From Ilumatobacteraceae bacterium (lineage in GTDB: Bacteria > Actinomycetota > Acidimicrobiia > Acidimicrobiales > Ilumatobacteraceae), in assembly GCA_017856815.1 (NCBI GenBank), contig JAFMEI010000001.1, positions 1 through 52,786 of the forward strand: 52,786 bases of DNA, read 5' to 3'. Both the position numbers and the translations under genes were made by a program. The notes beneath the pieces are model-generated. The model was not told where the DNA came from and ran no database searches. It saw nothing but the letters and a program-made list of their open reading frames with translations. Every line of letters begins with the position of its first letter. The first letter of the stretch is position 1. Positions 30,348 to 39,760 of this stretch are shown piece by piece.

Positions 30348-30386
30348 GAAGGCAGTCTGACCCTTGGGTGTATCGGAGTTGTCGAC

Positions 30387-31424
30387 TCAGGAATTGCTAC
30401 AGGCGACAAAACCTTGCAATGCAGCGGTGGCCGCTCCTGAATCGATGGATTTGCGCGCCATCTCCAGCCCTGCGGTCAGGTCTGTGGCTACACCCACCAC
30501 GCAAAGTGCGGCAGCCGCATTAAGGGTGACGATGTCGCGCACCGGCCCATCCTCACCGGTGAAAGTTCGGCGCACTATCGCAGCGTTATCCGCTGGGCTA
30601 CCACCGCGAATTGAACTCAGTGGAGCGGTTTGGATCCCCAAGGCCGAGGGGTCAACCACGAACGAGTCGACCTTTTCGCCGTGCAGCGAGATGACAACAC
30701 TGGGACCCGAGATGGCAAGTTCATCAAGACCACCATCACCGTGCACTAGCCACGCGTTTTTGACTCCACGAGTTCGCAGCGCTTCGGCCATCATCCGCGC
30801 AACCGATGCATCACGTACTCCAACGAGCATGTTTTCAATTGGTGCAGGGTTAGCTAAAGGGCCGATCAAGTTAAAGATGGTGGGCACACCAATCTCGCGC
30901 CGCGCAGCTCCAACATGCTTGAAGGCGGGGTGAAATTTCTGCGCAAAGACAAAACCAAAGTTGCACGCTTCCACACATGCCACTACCGCATCAGGATTCA
31001 GTGCAATGTTGGCTCCAAGCGCTTCAAGTACGTCTGCTGTGCCGCAGCTCGATGACGCCGCCCGATTGCCATGCTTCACAACCGGCACTCCGCATCCCGC
31101 CACTACGAGGCTCGCCATAGTTGAAACATTCACTGAGTGGGAAGCATCACCACCAGTACCGACAATGTCAATGGCCCGCGATCGGATCGCTGCACTGAGC
31201 TCAACTGGAGTGGCGGCTGCCCGTACAACTGCGAGCATTGCTGCAAGTTCCGCAGATGTCTCACCCTTTGCTTTGAGTGCCAACAAGAACGCAGAAATCT
31301 CTGCGTCAGTTGCATCACCAGCAAGCATCGACTCCATGGCGGCCGCAGCGACCTCTGGTTCAAGATCGAGATTGTTGCTGAGTCCAGCGATAACACCGGA
31401 CCAACCACCTGGCAGTTTGGTCAT
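30387..31424 (-). CDS. trpD: Anthranilate phosphoribosyltransferase
   Basis: DIVGTGGD, NVST, KHGNRAASS.CG.ADVLEALG, GDGGLDE; start moved to ATG 31424. Confidence 0.95.
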   Translation of the reverse strand: MTKLPGGWSGVIAGLSNNLDLEPEVAAAAMESMLAGDATDAEISAFLLALKAKGETSAELAAMLAVVRAAATPVELSAAIRSRAIDIVGTGGDASHSVNVSTMASLVVAGCGVPVVKHGNRAASSSCGTADVLEALGANIALNPDAVVACVEACNFGFVFAQKFHPAFKHVGAARREIGVPTIFNLIGPLANPAPIENMLVGVRDASVARMMAEALRTRGVKNAWLVHGDGGLDELAISGPSVVISLHGEKVDSFVVDPSALGIQTAPLSSIRGGSPADNAAIVRRTFTGEDGPVRDIVTLNAAAALCVVGVATDLTAGLEMARKSIDSGAATAALQGFVACSNS

Positions 31425-31435
31425 TCGACCATTCT

Positions 31436-31720
31436 TTATGCCGAGCGTCGTCGCTGACGAATAATGCGGCGACGCTCTTTGGATGTTGCGCCACCCCATA
31501 CTCCATCTTTTTCGCGACTCATGAGTGCGTGCTCTAGGCAAGCAACACGCACGGAGCACTCAGAACAAATGTCCTTTGCTTCGTTCGCATTCTCTTCGTC
31601 TTCTGGATAAAAGATGGTTGGATCGAGCCCATTACAGGCCCCACGAACACGCCACTGGTTTGACTCGTGACGTTCGAACCACTCATCTGCACTACCTACT
31701 GCTGTGACAGCAATGCTCAT
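31436..31720 (-). CDS. whiB: WhiB-family Fe-S transcription factor
   Basis: W..RGAC...DP.IFYP, AK.ICSECSVR.AC, GVWGG, basic tail; the paralog number cannot be assigned. Confidence 0.93.
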   Translation of the reverse strand: MSIAVTAVGSADEWFERHESNQWRVRGACNGLDPTIFYPEDEENANEAKDICSECSVRVACLEHALMSREKDGVWGGATSKERRRIIRQRRRSA

Positions 31721-31769
31721 AGGAGCCCCCACTTACCTTCCCCCGCGCCGACCGTAGCCAGCACAGGTG

Positions 31770-31798
31770 ATAGTAGGTGTCACCCGTCACAGTGTCCA
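31770..31798 (-). promoter_or_regulatory. whiB sigma70-type promoter with CRP-like box in the spacer
   Basis: TGGACA (31798-31793), N17, TACTAT (31775-31770); TGTGA-cgggtg-ACACC at 31791-31776. Confidence 0.6.
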
Positions 31799-31826
31799 AC
31801 CCGGGCTGCAAGCCGCGGGAAAGCTC

Positions 31827-32414
31827 TTATGGGCGCAGGTCTCCCAACAATTCCTGGACCGTTGAATCAAGCAAATACTGCTCTTCTCGGTAGGCCGGAA
31901 GGCTAATCACAACCTTGCAATTTCCTTTGGCGAACTCCTCAACTTGCTCCGGAGTGAAATCGAAATAGAGATAGTGAACCGCAGCGGTGACGTTTTCTCG
32001 GGTTAGCGATGCCTCGTGTTGTGCATCAAGGTGACCAAACACAATCGATCCATCACCAAGTTGAATCTCAACAGCGCGCTCAATGCCAGCGAGTTTTGGC
32101 AACCACTCACGAAGTTGATCATCCGAGGTCAACTCAATGAACATCGTGGCGCAAAGTTGACCGGGCTCGGGAATGAGCGGGTTGTACGCACGTAGCTCAT
32201 CTTCCACACCTGCATCGGTATTGATGTGTTCAACACGAATCATCTCTTGAATTTGCAACTGCATCGTGTCGCGACTTTCAAACATGAGCGTGATGATTGT
32301 CCCGAGATGTATGCGACGGCGACGCTTGATCTCCATCACACGCGAACGGAACTCATCACGTACGCGCTCGTAAGCACGGGAATCAAGGATGTCATTGAGG
32401 GTGAGCTTGCTCAT
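31827..32414 (-). CDS. DUF3501 family protein
   Basis: YERVRDEFR, LMFESRDT...QIQEM.R.E, AYNPLIP, AVHYLYF; follows rubrerythrin and the FeS oxidoreductase. Confidence 0.88.
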   Translation of the reverse strand: MSKLTLNDILDSRAYERVRDEFRSRVMEIKRRRRIHLGTIITLMFESRDTMQLQIQEMIRVEHINTDAGVEDELRAYNPLIPEPGQLCATMFIELTSDDQLREWLPKLAGIERAVEIQLGDGSIVFGHLDAQHEASLTRENVTAAVHYLYFDFTPEQVEEFAKGNCKVVISLPAYREEQYLLDSTVQELLGDLRP

Positions 32415-33739
32415 TTCTTTGCACTTTCCTTTCTTGGTTCTTCTGGGATTCCATATGCACGCGCCACGACTTGCAATGGATGAAGCGGCGTGAGATCGGT
32501 CTGTTCAGTTATCGCGGTATTGGCGAGGTGACAGTCGCCTGCCACCACATCACCACCAGCGTTACGAATTTCGTCGGCGAGCGCTTTGGCATGCGGCATT
32601 GAAAGATCGGCGTTTTCAGCGCGCAAGCCCCACATGCCATCGATACCCGAGCACTGCTGCACGAGTTTGATCTTCGCCCCGGTGAGCTTCATCAAGTCTC
32701 GACTCTTTAGACCAATCTCTTGGGCTCGCAAGTGGCAAGGCGTGTGGTACGTGATCGTCTCAGGTACATCGCCAGTGAAGTTGGTGTCAAGAGTGCGTGA
32801 CTCGTCTTTGTTCATGGCGATCAAATATTCAGCGGCATCAAAAGTGTGCTTGGATACGAGTTCTGCATCCTCGCCACCGACGTAGTCGATGTAGTCCTTC
32901 TTCAGCACGTAACCACAGGTTGGCTGAGCAACGACGATGTCATTGCCTTCGCGCACACTTGCAGCCAGTGCCGCCACGTTCTTGCGTGCCACCTTGTCGA
33001 ACTGCTTTAGATCACCGGAATGCAGGAATGGCGCTCCGCAGCAACCAACCCCATCCACCACAGAACACTCAACGTTGTTGTGTTCGTAGATCTTCACGAG
33101 ATCGTGACCAACTTCTGGTGCTTGATATTCCACGAGACATGTGGGGAAAATGCCAACTTTGCCCTGTGGATTCGCAATGACCTTCTTGGTGCGCTTCTTG
33201 AACCATGTGGTGAAACGCTGGCGTGTAAATGGCGGCAAAAGGCGAACGCTGGACACGCCCGCAGTCTTTTCAACAACCTTGCGGATAAGTGAGCCGGGCT
33301 TAGCGCCCAGCACCACATTTGCCACTGGCGCAGTTGCCGTGGCGACTTTGCCGAGTGCATCGGTGCGGCCCATGAGAGCGGTCGTGGTCTTTTCGCGAAT
33401 GCTCACCTGACCTGTGGCGTTGCGCATTGCCGATGCCCGCATCATGAGACGCGGAAAGTCGAGTTCCCACTCGGACTTGCCCGGCACGTAAGGGCAATAG
33501 ATGTAACAGAGCTTGCATTGGAAGCACTCGTCAACCACTTGATCTTGCTGTGCTGGTGTCAAGCGTCCCGCATCCTGATCGTCATGCTGGTCGATCATTT
33601 CAAACAACGTTGGGAATGATGAACAGAACTTGAAGCAAAGACGACATCCATGACAAAGGTCGTAGACACGTGTCAGCTCTTCGCGCACATCGGCTTCGTC
33701 CAGATACTTCGGATGTTTTGGATCGTAAATTGTTGACAC
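32411..33739 (-). CDS. Rubrerythrin-associated Fe-S oxidoreductase (CCG domains)
   Basis: [41 protein letters not shown]. Confidence 0.88.
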   Translation of the reverse strand: MSTIYDPKHPKYLDEADVREELTRVYDLCHGCRLCFKFCSSFPTLFEMIDQHDDQDAGRLTPAQQDQVVDECFQCKLCYIYCPYVPGKSEWELDFPRLMMRASAMRNATGQVSIREKTTTALMGRTDALGKVATATAPVANVVLGAKPGSLIRKVVEKTAGVSSVRLLPPFTRQRFTTWFKKRTKKVIANPQGKVGIFPTCLVEYQAPEVGHDLVKIYEHNNVECSVVDGVGCCGAPFLHSGDLKQFDKVARKNVAALAASVREGNDIVVAQPTCGYVLKKDYIDYVGGEDAELVSKHTFDAAEYLIAMNKDESRTLDTNFTGDVPETITYHTPCHLRAQEIGLKSRDLMKLTGAKIKLVQQCSGIDGMWGLRAENADLSMPHAKALADEIRNAGGDVVAGDCHLANTAITEQTDLTPLHPLQVVARAYGIPEEPRKESAKK

Positions 33740-33759
33740 GTGTTACTCCTGCGACTTGC

Positions 33760-33791
33760 GCGGAGGGGCGACGCGATCGTCACCCCTCCGC
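33760..33791 (-). terminator. Strong intercistronic hairpin after rubrerythrin
   Basis: 14-bp stem GCGGAGGGGUGACG/CGUCGCCCCUCCGC (one U-G on the minus-strand RNA), 4-nt loop, no U tract. Confidence 0.65.
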
Positions 33792-33817
33792 AATTTCACT
33801 GCCTTAACGGCGTGGAA

Positions 33818-34234
33818 TCAGAGGGCGTTGAGGCCCTCTTGGAAACGGCCGGCATGGCTCTTCTCAGCGCGTGCCAGTGTCTCGAACCAATCCGCGATCT
33901 GGTCGAAACCTTCTTCGCGGGCGGTCTTGGCAAAGCCTGGGTACATCTGTGTGTACTCATAGGTCTCGCCGGCGATTGATGCTTTGAAGTTCTCCTCGGT
34001 TTCGCCAATTGGCTCACCCGATGCCGGGTCTCCAACTTGAGCGAGGTAGTCGAGGTGACCGTGCGCATGGCCGGTTTCACCTTCTGCCACCGAACGGAAC
34101 AGTGCTGCAGCATCGGGGTAACCCTCGACGTCTGCCTTCTGGGCGAACCAAAGGTAGCGACGGTTTGCCTGGCTCTCGCCAGCGAACGCTTCCTTCAGGT
34201 TCTCATGGGTCTTGGTGCCTTTGAGGCTGGCCAT
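33818..34234 (-). CDS. rbr: Rubrerythrin (short form, no rubredoxin domain)
   Basis: [51 protein letters not shown]. Confidence 0.95.
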   Translation of the reverse strand: MASLKGTKTHENLKEAFAGESQANRRYLWFAQKADVEGYPDAAALFRSVAEGETGHAHGHLDYLAQVGDPASGEPIGETEENFKASIAGETYEYTQMYPGFAKTAREEGFDQIADWFETLARAEKSHAGRFQEGLNAL

Positions 34235-34262
34235 GATGTCTCCTTGTTTTGGTTTTGGTTGG

Positions 34263-34673
34263 TTACTTACTCGCTACGCATGTCGCGCACGACCCGCGGA
34301 ACACCACTTCAACAGAACGAACTTCGAGTCCGTCTGCTTGGAGTGTTGCCTCGGTATCCACCTGCACGTCATGAATGCTTCCGCAGTCATCGCAGATGAA
34401 GTGGTGGTGATCCTCGGTATTCGGGTCAAAGCGGCCAGGGCCCGATCCGAGGTCGATCTGGAGGAGCTCGCCCATAGAGGCGAGGTCATTGAGGGTTTGA
34501 TACACAGTTCGCAGCGAAATGCTCGGCATTTCGCGTCTTGCCACCTCATAGAGGGCTTCCGCTGTGGGGTGCGTGGAATTGCCCTCGAGCAGGCGAAACA
34601 TCAACAGGCGCTGAGGGGTGATCTTGAGTCCAGCATCACGAAACGCATCGGTGAGTTCTGTCTGTGATCTCAT
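34263..34673 (-). CDS. perR: Fur-family peroxide regulator (PerR-like)
   Basis: GLKITPQR, HPTAE, TVYQTL, RFD...HHHFICDDCG.IHD, CATC; directly upstream of rbr. Confidence 0.8.
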   Translation of the reverse strand: MRSQTELTDAFRDAGLKITPQRLLMFRLLEGNSTHPTAEALYEVARREMPSISLRTVYQTLNDLASMGELLQIDLGSGPGRFDPNTEDHHHFICDDCGSIHDVQVDTEATLQADGLEVRSVEVVFRGSCATCVASK

Positions 34674-34756
34674 GGCAGGCACGCTATCTACAGGGTTTGC
34701 TAAATAACAACCCTTGCAGAAAAACTTCTGTCCCTTTGCCTGCGTAGGATTTTCGC

Positions 34757-36331
34757 GTGCCTCAGCCATTCACCCGTCAGCACCATGCCGCACGGTTACG
34801 GTCTGAAGACTTTGACCTCCTGGTTATTGGGGGCGGAATCACTGGGGCCGGAGTTGCTCTTGATGCCGCTTCGAGAGGCTTGAAAGTCGCACTAGTGGAG
34901 ATGGCGGACTTCGCATCAGGGACTTCATCCAAGAGTTCGAAGCTCATTCACGGTGGGTTGCGCTACCTACAGCAAGGCGATGTTCGTCTCGTTTATGAGG
35001 CGCTCCATGAGCGGCGGCGCCTGATGCGCAATGCCCCGCATCTTGTATCGGTATTGCCTTTCATGATTCCGATCCTCACAAAGGATGGCCTCATGCCAAG
35101 GCGCATCGCTCGCGCACTCGGATCGTCGTTGTGGATGTATGACCTAACTGGTGGGTGGCGCATCGGCAAGTTGCATCGGCGCCTTCGTGCCAAAAAAGCA
35201 TTGCAGCACTTCCCCACCATGCCTGCAGAAAAGCTCGCGTCTGCATACATCTATTACGACGCCCAAGCAGACGATGCTCGCTTGACACTCGAAGTTCTAC
35301 AGACAGCCAGCGATAAAGGTGCAGCTGTCTTGAATTACGCGAAGGTTGTTGCGCTCACGAACGGTGAGAATGGTCGTGTCAATGGCGCGCGAATCAATGC
35401 CGATGGCGAAGAGTTTGTTGTACGCGCCCGCAGCGTAGTGAGCGCAACCGGAGTTTGGATTGACGATATTCACCGCATGGAGACAAACAGTGAATCGCGC
35501 ACCGTGCGCCCCGCTAAGGGAATTCACCTCACATTCCCTTGGGAAAAAGTACGCAACGACATCGCGGCCGTGATTCCAGTACCTAAAGATCGTCGGTCAC
35601 TGTTTGTGGTCCCGTGGTTGCCGAACGCAGACGGCACGTTCAAGTACACATACGTTGGCACTACTGATACGCAATACGACGGCCCCGTTGACGACCCACA
35701 GTGCACTCTTGACGACATTGATTACGTCATTGCCGCGCTCAACAACAGCATCACATCACCAGTCACTCGCGAAGATGTGGTCGGGGTGTGGGCAGGCTTG
35801 CGCCCATTGGTGGCTCCCGCAGAAGGCGAAACTTTGAAGGCCCGTACCGCGGACTTGTCGCGACGCCATCGAGTGTCGATCGGTGCTTCTGGTGTCATCT
35901 CCATCAGCGGCGGCAAATTGACCACTTACCGCGAGATGGCCGAGGACACCGTGAACACAGTTGTCGAATCCCTGGGCATACGTGCCAAATGCCGTACGAA
36001 GCGACTGTCGATAAAGCCCTCTGCGCCGATCACCGACACCACCATCGTGATACCAGGACTGCCTTTGACTCGCGGAGAAATCGTACGGGCGATTCGCGAA
36101 GAAATGGCGATTCACCTCTGCGACATCATGTGCCGCCGCAGTCGTTCACTGCTGTATGACCGTGATGCTTCTTTAGGTGGCGCGCGCAGTGTTGCCATCT
36201 TGATGGCAGCAGAACTCGGCTGGGACCAACAGCGAATTGATGCAGAAATCGATGACTACACCGAGATCTGCAATCGTGAGATCCGTGCGGCCCAAGTTAT
36301 TGAGACCGAATACTTGGAGCGCAATCACTGA
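34757..36331 (+). CDS. glpD: FAD-dependent glycerol-3-phosphate dehydrogenase family protein
   Basis: IGGGITGAG.A.DAASRG, DFASGTSSKSSKLIHGGLRYL, DDARL, WAGLRPL, GGKLTTYR.MAE. Confidence 0.92.
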   Translation: MPQPFTRQHHAARLRSEDFDLLVIGGGITGAGVALDAASRGLKVALVEMADFASGTSSKSSKLIHGGLRYLQQGDVRLVYEALHERRRLMRNAPHLVSVLPFMIPILTKDGLMPRRIARALGSSLWMYDLTGGWRIGKLHRRLRAKKALQHFPTMPAEKLASAYIYYDAQADDARLTLEVLQTASDKGAAVLNYAKVVALTNGENGRVNGARINADGEEFVVRARSVVSATGVWIDDIHRMETNSESRTVRPAKGIHLTFPWEKVRNDIAAVIPVPKDRRSLFVVPWLPNADGTFKYTYVGTTDTQYDGPVDDPQCTLDDIDYVIAALNNSITSPVTREDVVGVWAGLRPLVAPAEGETLKARTADLSRRHRVSIGASGVISISGGKLTTYREMAEDTVNTVVESLGIRAKCRTKRLSIKPSAPITDTTIVIPGLPLTRGEIVRAIREEMAIHLCDIMCRRSRSLLYDRDASLGGARSVAILMAAELGWDQQRIDAEIDDYTEICNREIRAAQVIETEYLERNH

Positions 36332-37836
36332 TGACTGAATGGCGCACTCCTCCGATCGCGTTTGGTGCTCGCCATTCTGAATTAATTGACCATCTCCAAA
36401 ATGATGCCGCTCATGTTGATGCAGATCTACTCAATGCACTGGCACAGATATGCGAGACCTTGGTAGACGATGTGTCTACGGCCGAAGCGAGCCGTGATTG
36501 GTGGCCGATAGCAATGCATTGGGCTCTGGCTGGAAGTGTTCCTAAGCGGCCGAGTGTTGTTGTAGTGCCAACGAACACGCAACAGGTCGCCGCGGTCGTG
36601 CAACTTTGCCATGAAGCGCACGTGCCCTTGACTGCATCTGCTGGGCGCAGCGGCGTATGCGGCGCAGCAGTTCCAGTGTTTGGCGGCGTGGTGCTCGACA
36701 CCACTGAGTTGCGTGGGGTTCTCTCAGTTGATCCGATCTCTGGTGTGGTTGAAGTTCTGGCAGGCACTTTTGGGCCAGAGCTTGAATCCCACATTCAGAA
36801 CAATTACCAACGCAGCGTTGGTCACTTTCCGCAATCATTTGATATCTCAACAGTCGGCGGTTGGGTGGCTTGCAGAGGTGCTGGGCAGTACTCGACTCGA
36901 TACGGGAAGATCGAGGACATGGTCGTTGGCCTCGAAGTCGTTCTTGCCGATGGAACGATCGTGCGCACTGGTGGCGCACCTGCAACCGCCGATGGGCCTG
37001 ACTTAACGAATTTGCTTATCGGATCCGAAGGGCAGCTCGGAATCATTACTCGCGTATGGCTTCGCTCACACGCTGTGGCCACCTATTCGCGCAAGATTGC
37101 ATTCTCTTTCGGTGACTTCGCTGCAGGAATCAATGCAATCCGCGAAACAATTCAGTCTGGCGCTACTCCCGCAGTACTGCGTCTCTACGATGCCGCCGAG
37201 AGCAAGCGATCACACGGCATGGAAAATGGTCGATGCACCCTGATTGTTTTTGATGAAGGCGGCAAGAGAATGGTTGATGCAACCATTGAACAACTCATTG
37301 AGTGCGTACAAAATCACGGCGGCAAGGATGAGCCCACCGAATTGGTGGATAGGTGGTTCGAACACCGCAACGACACCACCGCCCTCCAAGCACTCACTCA
37401 GAAAGGATTTGTGGTTGACACGATGGAGGTCAGCGCCGAATGGCCACGGCTCGCAGACATCTACGAAAAAGTTTGTGCCAGTGGCATGGCCGTTCAGCAC
37501 AGTCGGCTTGTGAGTTGCCATTTGTCGCATAGCTATCCAGACGGTGCGTGTCTTTACTTCACTTTCGTAGCGACGCCACCCGCTGAGCAGATCGAGTCAA
37601 GCTACATAGAGATGTGGAACGCGGTACAAGGCGCAGCTCTTGCCGCAGGAGCGAGCCTGTCTCACCATCACGGTGTTGGATTGAACCGTGCACGCTTTGC
37701 ACCAACGGCTTTGGGGAAAGGCCATGATCTATTGATCAAACTCAAACAGTCGCTTGACCCCCATGGGATTATGAACCCCGGCAAGTACGCAATTCCATCC
37801 ACTTTCTCGCACGCAGGAGATGAGCAATGGCCCTAA
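36331..37836 (+). CDS. VAO-family FAD oxidoreductase, alkyl-DHAP synthase (AGPS)-like
   Basis: GHFPQSF..STVGGW...G.GQ.STRYG.IED, GSEGQLGIIT, P.VLRLYD, HSYPDGACLYFTF, SHHHGVG, DP.GIMNPGK. Confidence 0.85.
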   Translation: MTEWRTPPIAFGARHSELIDHLQNDAAHVDADLLNALAQICETLVDDVSTAEASRDWWPIAMHWALAGSVPKRPSVVVVPTNTQQVAAVVQLCHEAHVPLTASAGRSGVCGAAVPVFGGVVLDTTELRGVLSVDPISGVVEVLAGTFGPELESHIQNNYQRSVGHFPQSFDISTVGGWVACRGAGQYSTRYGKIEDMVVGLEVVLADGTIVRTGGAPATADGPDLTNLLIGSEGQLGIITRVWLRSHAVATYSRKIAFSFGDFAAGINAIRETIQSGATPAVLRLYDAAESKRSHGMENGRCTLIVFDEGGKRMVDATIEQLIECVQNHGGKDEPTELVDRWFEHRNDTTALQALTQKGFVVDTMEVSAEWPRLADIYEKVCASGMAVQHSRLVSCHLSHSYPDGACLYFTFVATPPAEQIESSYIEMWNAVQGAALAAGASLSHHHGVGLNRARFAPTALGKGHDLLIKLKQSLDPHGIMNPGKYAIPSTFSHAGDEQWP

Positions 37837-38243
37837 AGGACCAATGGGACACGCAAGCGATCAAGGCTGGAGCTTCAGTCGCAGTATTTCTGGCCGTGCC
37901 GCCATCACTGATTGCTCGGTTCATGATCGATGACACAGACACCAACAACGGCTGGGCTCCCCTGCTGTCACTTCTCGCCATTTTCGGTTTCATCATCGGC
38001 TCAGGGCAAGCCGCGTGGCGGCAACGCAAAGGCACTCCGATACTCCACGGAATGCTCACTTCAACCGGCGTTTTCGTAGCGGCTCAATTCGTATTCGCAA
38101 TCGTGAAGCTCGCCATGGGTGACGATCTTCGGTTCATGCGAATCGTTACTTCGTTTTCATTGGCGATGTTCGCGGGCCTGATCGGTGGACTACTTGGCTA
38201 TTACTTGCAGCGCAATGGGCCCGCACCAAAACCACTGGCCTAA
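37827..38243 (+). CDS. Hypothetical four-TM membrane protein
   Basis: Four hydrophobic helices; overlaps the upstream stop and abuts the downstream start. Confidence 0.75.
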   Translation: MALKDQWDTQAIKAGASVAVFLAVPPSLIARFMIDDTDTNNGWAPLLSLLAIFGFIIGSGQAAWRQRKGTPILHGMLTSTGVFVAAQFVFAIVKLAMGDDLRFMRIVTSFSLAMFAGLIGGLLGYYLQRNGPAPKPLA

Positions 38244-39701
38244 ATGATGTCTGATCTCGTCTTAGTCATTGACATCGGCACAACAAGTGTTCGAGTCGCA
38301 GCGGTTGATCCTGCTGGCGAAATTCGCGAACAGTTGCGCAAAAAACTGCCGCCCTCTTCTCCAGCACCCGGCCTTGTTGAATTTGATGCTCTTGAGTTGG
38401 CAACCACGATTGAAGAGCTCGCAAATAGATGCGTTGCCTCATGTGGCTCAGTTGCCGCAGTGGGCATCACGAACCAACGCGCATCAACCGTCGCTTGGAG
38501 CGCCACCACGCACCAACCATTGATGCCCGCTCTGGGTTGGCAGGATCTGCGCACAGTTTTTGACTGCATCATGGCCAAAGCCAACCACGGACTCGCACTT
38601 GCCCCAAATCAAAGTGCGACCAAAATGACCTGGTTGCTCGCCAACATCGATTCGCATCTAGACCGTGCTGATATCCGCCTTGGAACAGTTGATTCGTGGA
38701 TCACTTGGTGGCTTTCAAATGGTCAATCGCACGTAACCGACACCACGAATTCCGCTGTCACCGGTCTCACATCGGTTGCCACGTTGGACTGGAACACAGA
38801 CACCCTCACCACACTTGGTATCGATCGCATTCACTTGCCCCAGATCGTCCCATCATCGGGCGAATTGGCTATCGCATCGCGAATCACTGGCGCACCACCT
38901 ATCACAGCGCTCATCGGCGACCAACAGGGATCGCTTGTTGGCCAAGGTTGTATCGCGCCCGGTGAAGCAAAGATCACTTTCGGTACGGGTGGAATGTTGG
39001 ATGTGGTTACTGGTGTAGTCGCTCCGCGCGGTGCATCACGATCCCAATCGGGAACATTTCCGATTGTTGCGCGCACTTCAACCACTGAAACTGTTTGGGG
39101 TGCAGAAGCAATCATGCTCGCGGCAGGAACCAACATTGATTGGCTCGTCGATGACATGGGATTGATTGGCTCAGCTGAAGAATCTGAGTCTGTAGCTGCA
39201 TCGGTAGATAGCAGTGACGGTGTGGTTTATATTCCCGCACTCTTAGGGTTGGGCACCCCATATTGGGACTACGGCGCTCGCGGCACATTGCTTGGCCTCA
39301 CCCGGGGCACCACCCGCGCTCACATTGTTCGTGCCGTGCTTGAAGGCGTGGCAGCGCGAGGTGCCGACTTGGTGGAAGCCACACGCGAAGAGACCGGGCT
39401 TCAAATTAAGACAATCCGCATCGATGGCGGCATGAGTCGCAACAGCATTTTCACTAAGGCACTTGCCGATTCAACACAGGCCACCATTGAGGTCGCTGCA
39501 GACTCTGAATCGACCACACTTGGTGCTGCGTATCTCGCGGGAACCCAGATCGGGATCTGGCCTGACCTGCCAAGCGCTTGCGCCACCCGCAAGATTGGAA
39601 AAGTGGTTGAGCCCGGCTCCCCCACTGATCGTGGCGGATGGCAAAATTCTGTTCAACGCGCGGCTGGTTGGATACCTGATCTGTCCGCCCTTGACTTCTA
39701 A
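38244..39701 (+). CDS. FGGY kinase, glycerol-kinase paralog with altered substrate pocket
   Basis: DIGTTS, ITNQRAS, GWQD.RT, GDQQ, ITFGTGG, GLTRGT, DGG. Confidence 0.88.
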   Translation: MMSDLVLVIDIGTTSVRVAAVDPAGEIREQLRKKLPPSSPAPGLVEFDALELATTIEELANRCVASCGSVAAVGITNQRASTVAWSATTHQPLMPALGWQDLRTVFDCIMAKANHGLALAPNQSATKMTWLLANIDSHLDRADIRLGTVDSWITWWLSNGQSHVTDTTNSAVTGLTSVATLDWNTDTLTTLGIDRIHLPQIVPSSGELAIASRITGAPPITALIGDQQGSLVGQGCIAPGEAKITFGTGGMLDVVTGVVAPRGASRSQSGTFPIVARTSTTETVWGAEAIMLAAGTNIDWLVDDMGLIGSAEESESVAASVDSSDGVVYIPALLGLGTPYWDYGARGTLLGLTRGTTRAHIVRAVLEGVAARGADLVEATREETGLQIKTIRIDGGMSRNSIFTKALADSTQATIEVAADSESTTLGAAYLAGTQIGIWPDLPSACATRKIGKVVEPGSPTDRGGWQNSVQRAAGWIPDLSALDF

Positions 39702-39760
39702 AGTTGTTCCCTGCGACCCCCAAAGGGAAGGCTTTAGAGGAAACGAAAGGACGTCCCTCA

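Noticed and set aside
31425..31559. Upstream extension of trpD (likewise those of ftsZ, murG, perR, the LLM gene and the molybdoenzyme)
   Set aside because: They overlap neighbouring genes or lack family similarity; later starts fit family N-termini and most have an SD or leaderless -10 signal
35960..36100. Possible truncation or pseudogenisation of glpD near its C-terminus
   Set aside because: The region looks shorter than typical, but the frame is intact, the catalytic motifs are present and the stop is coupled to the next gene
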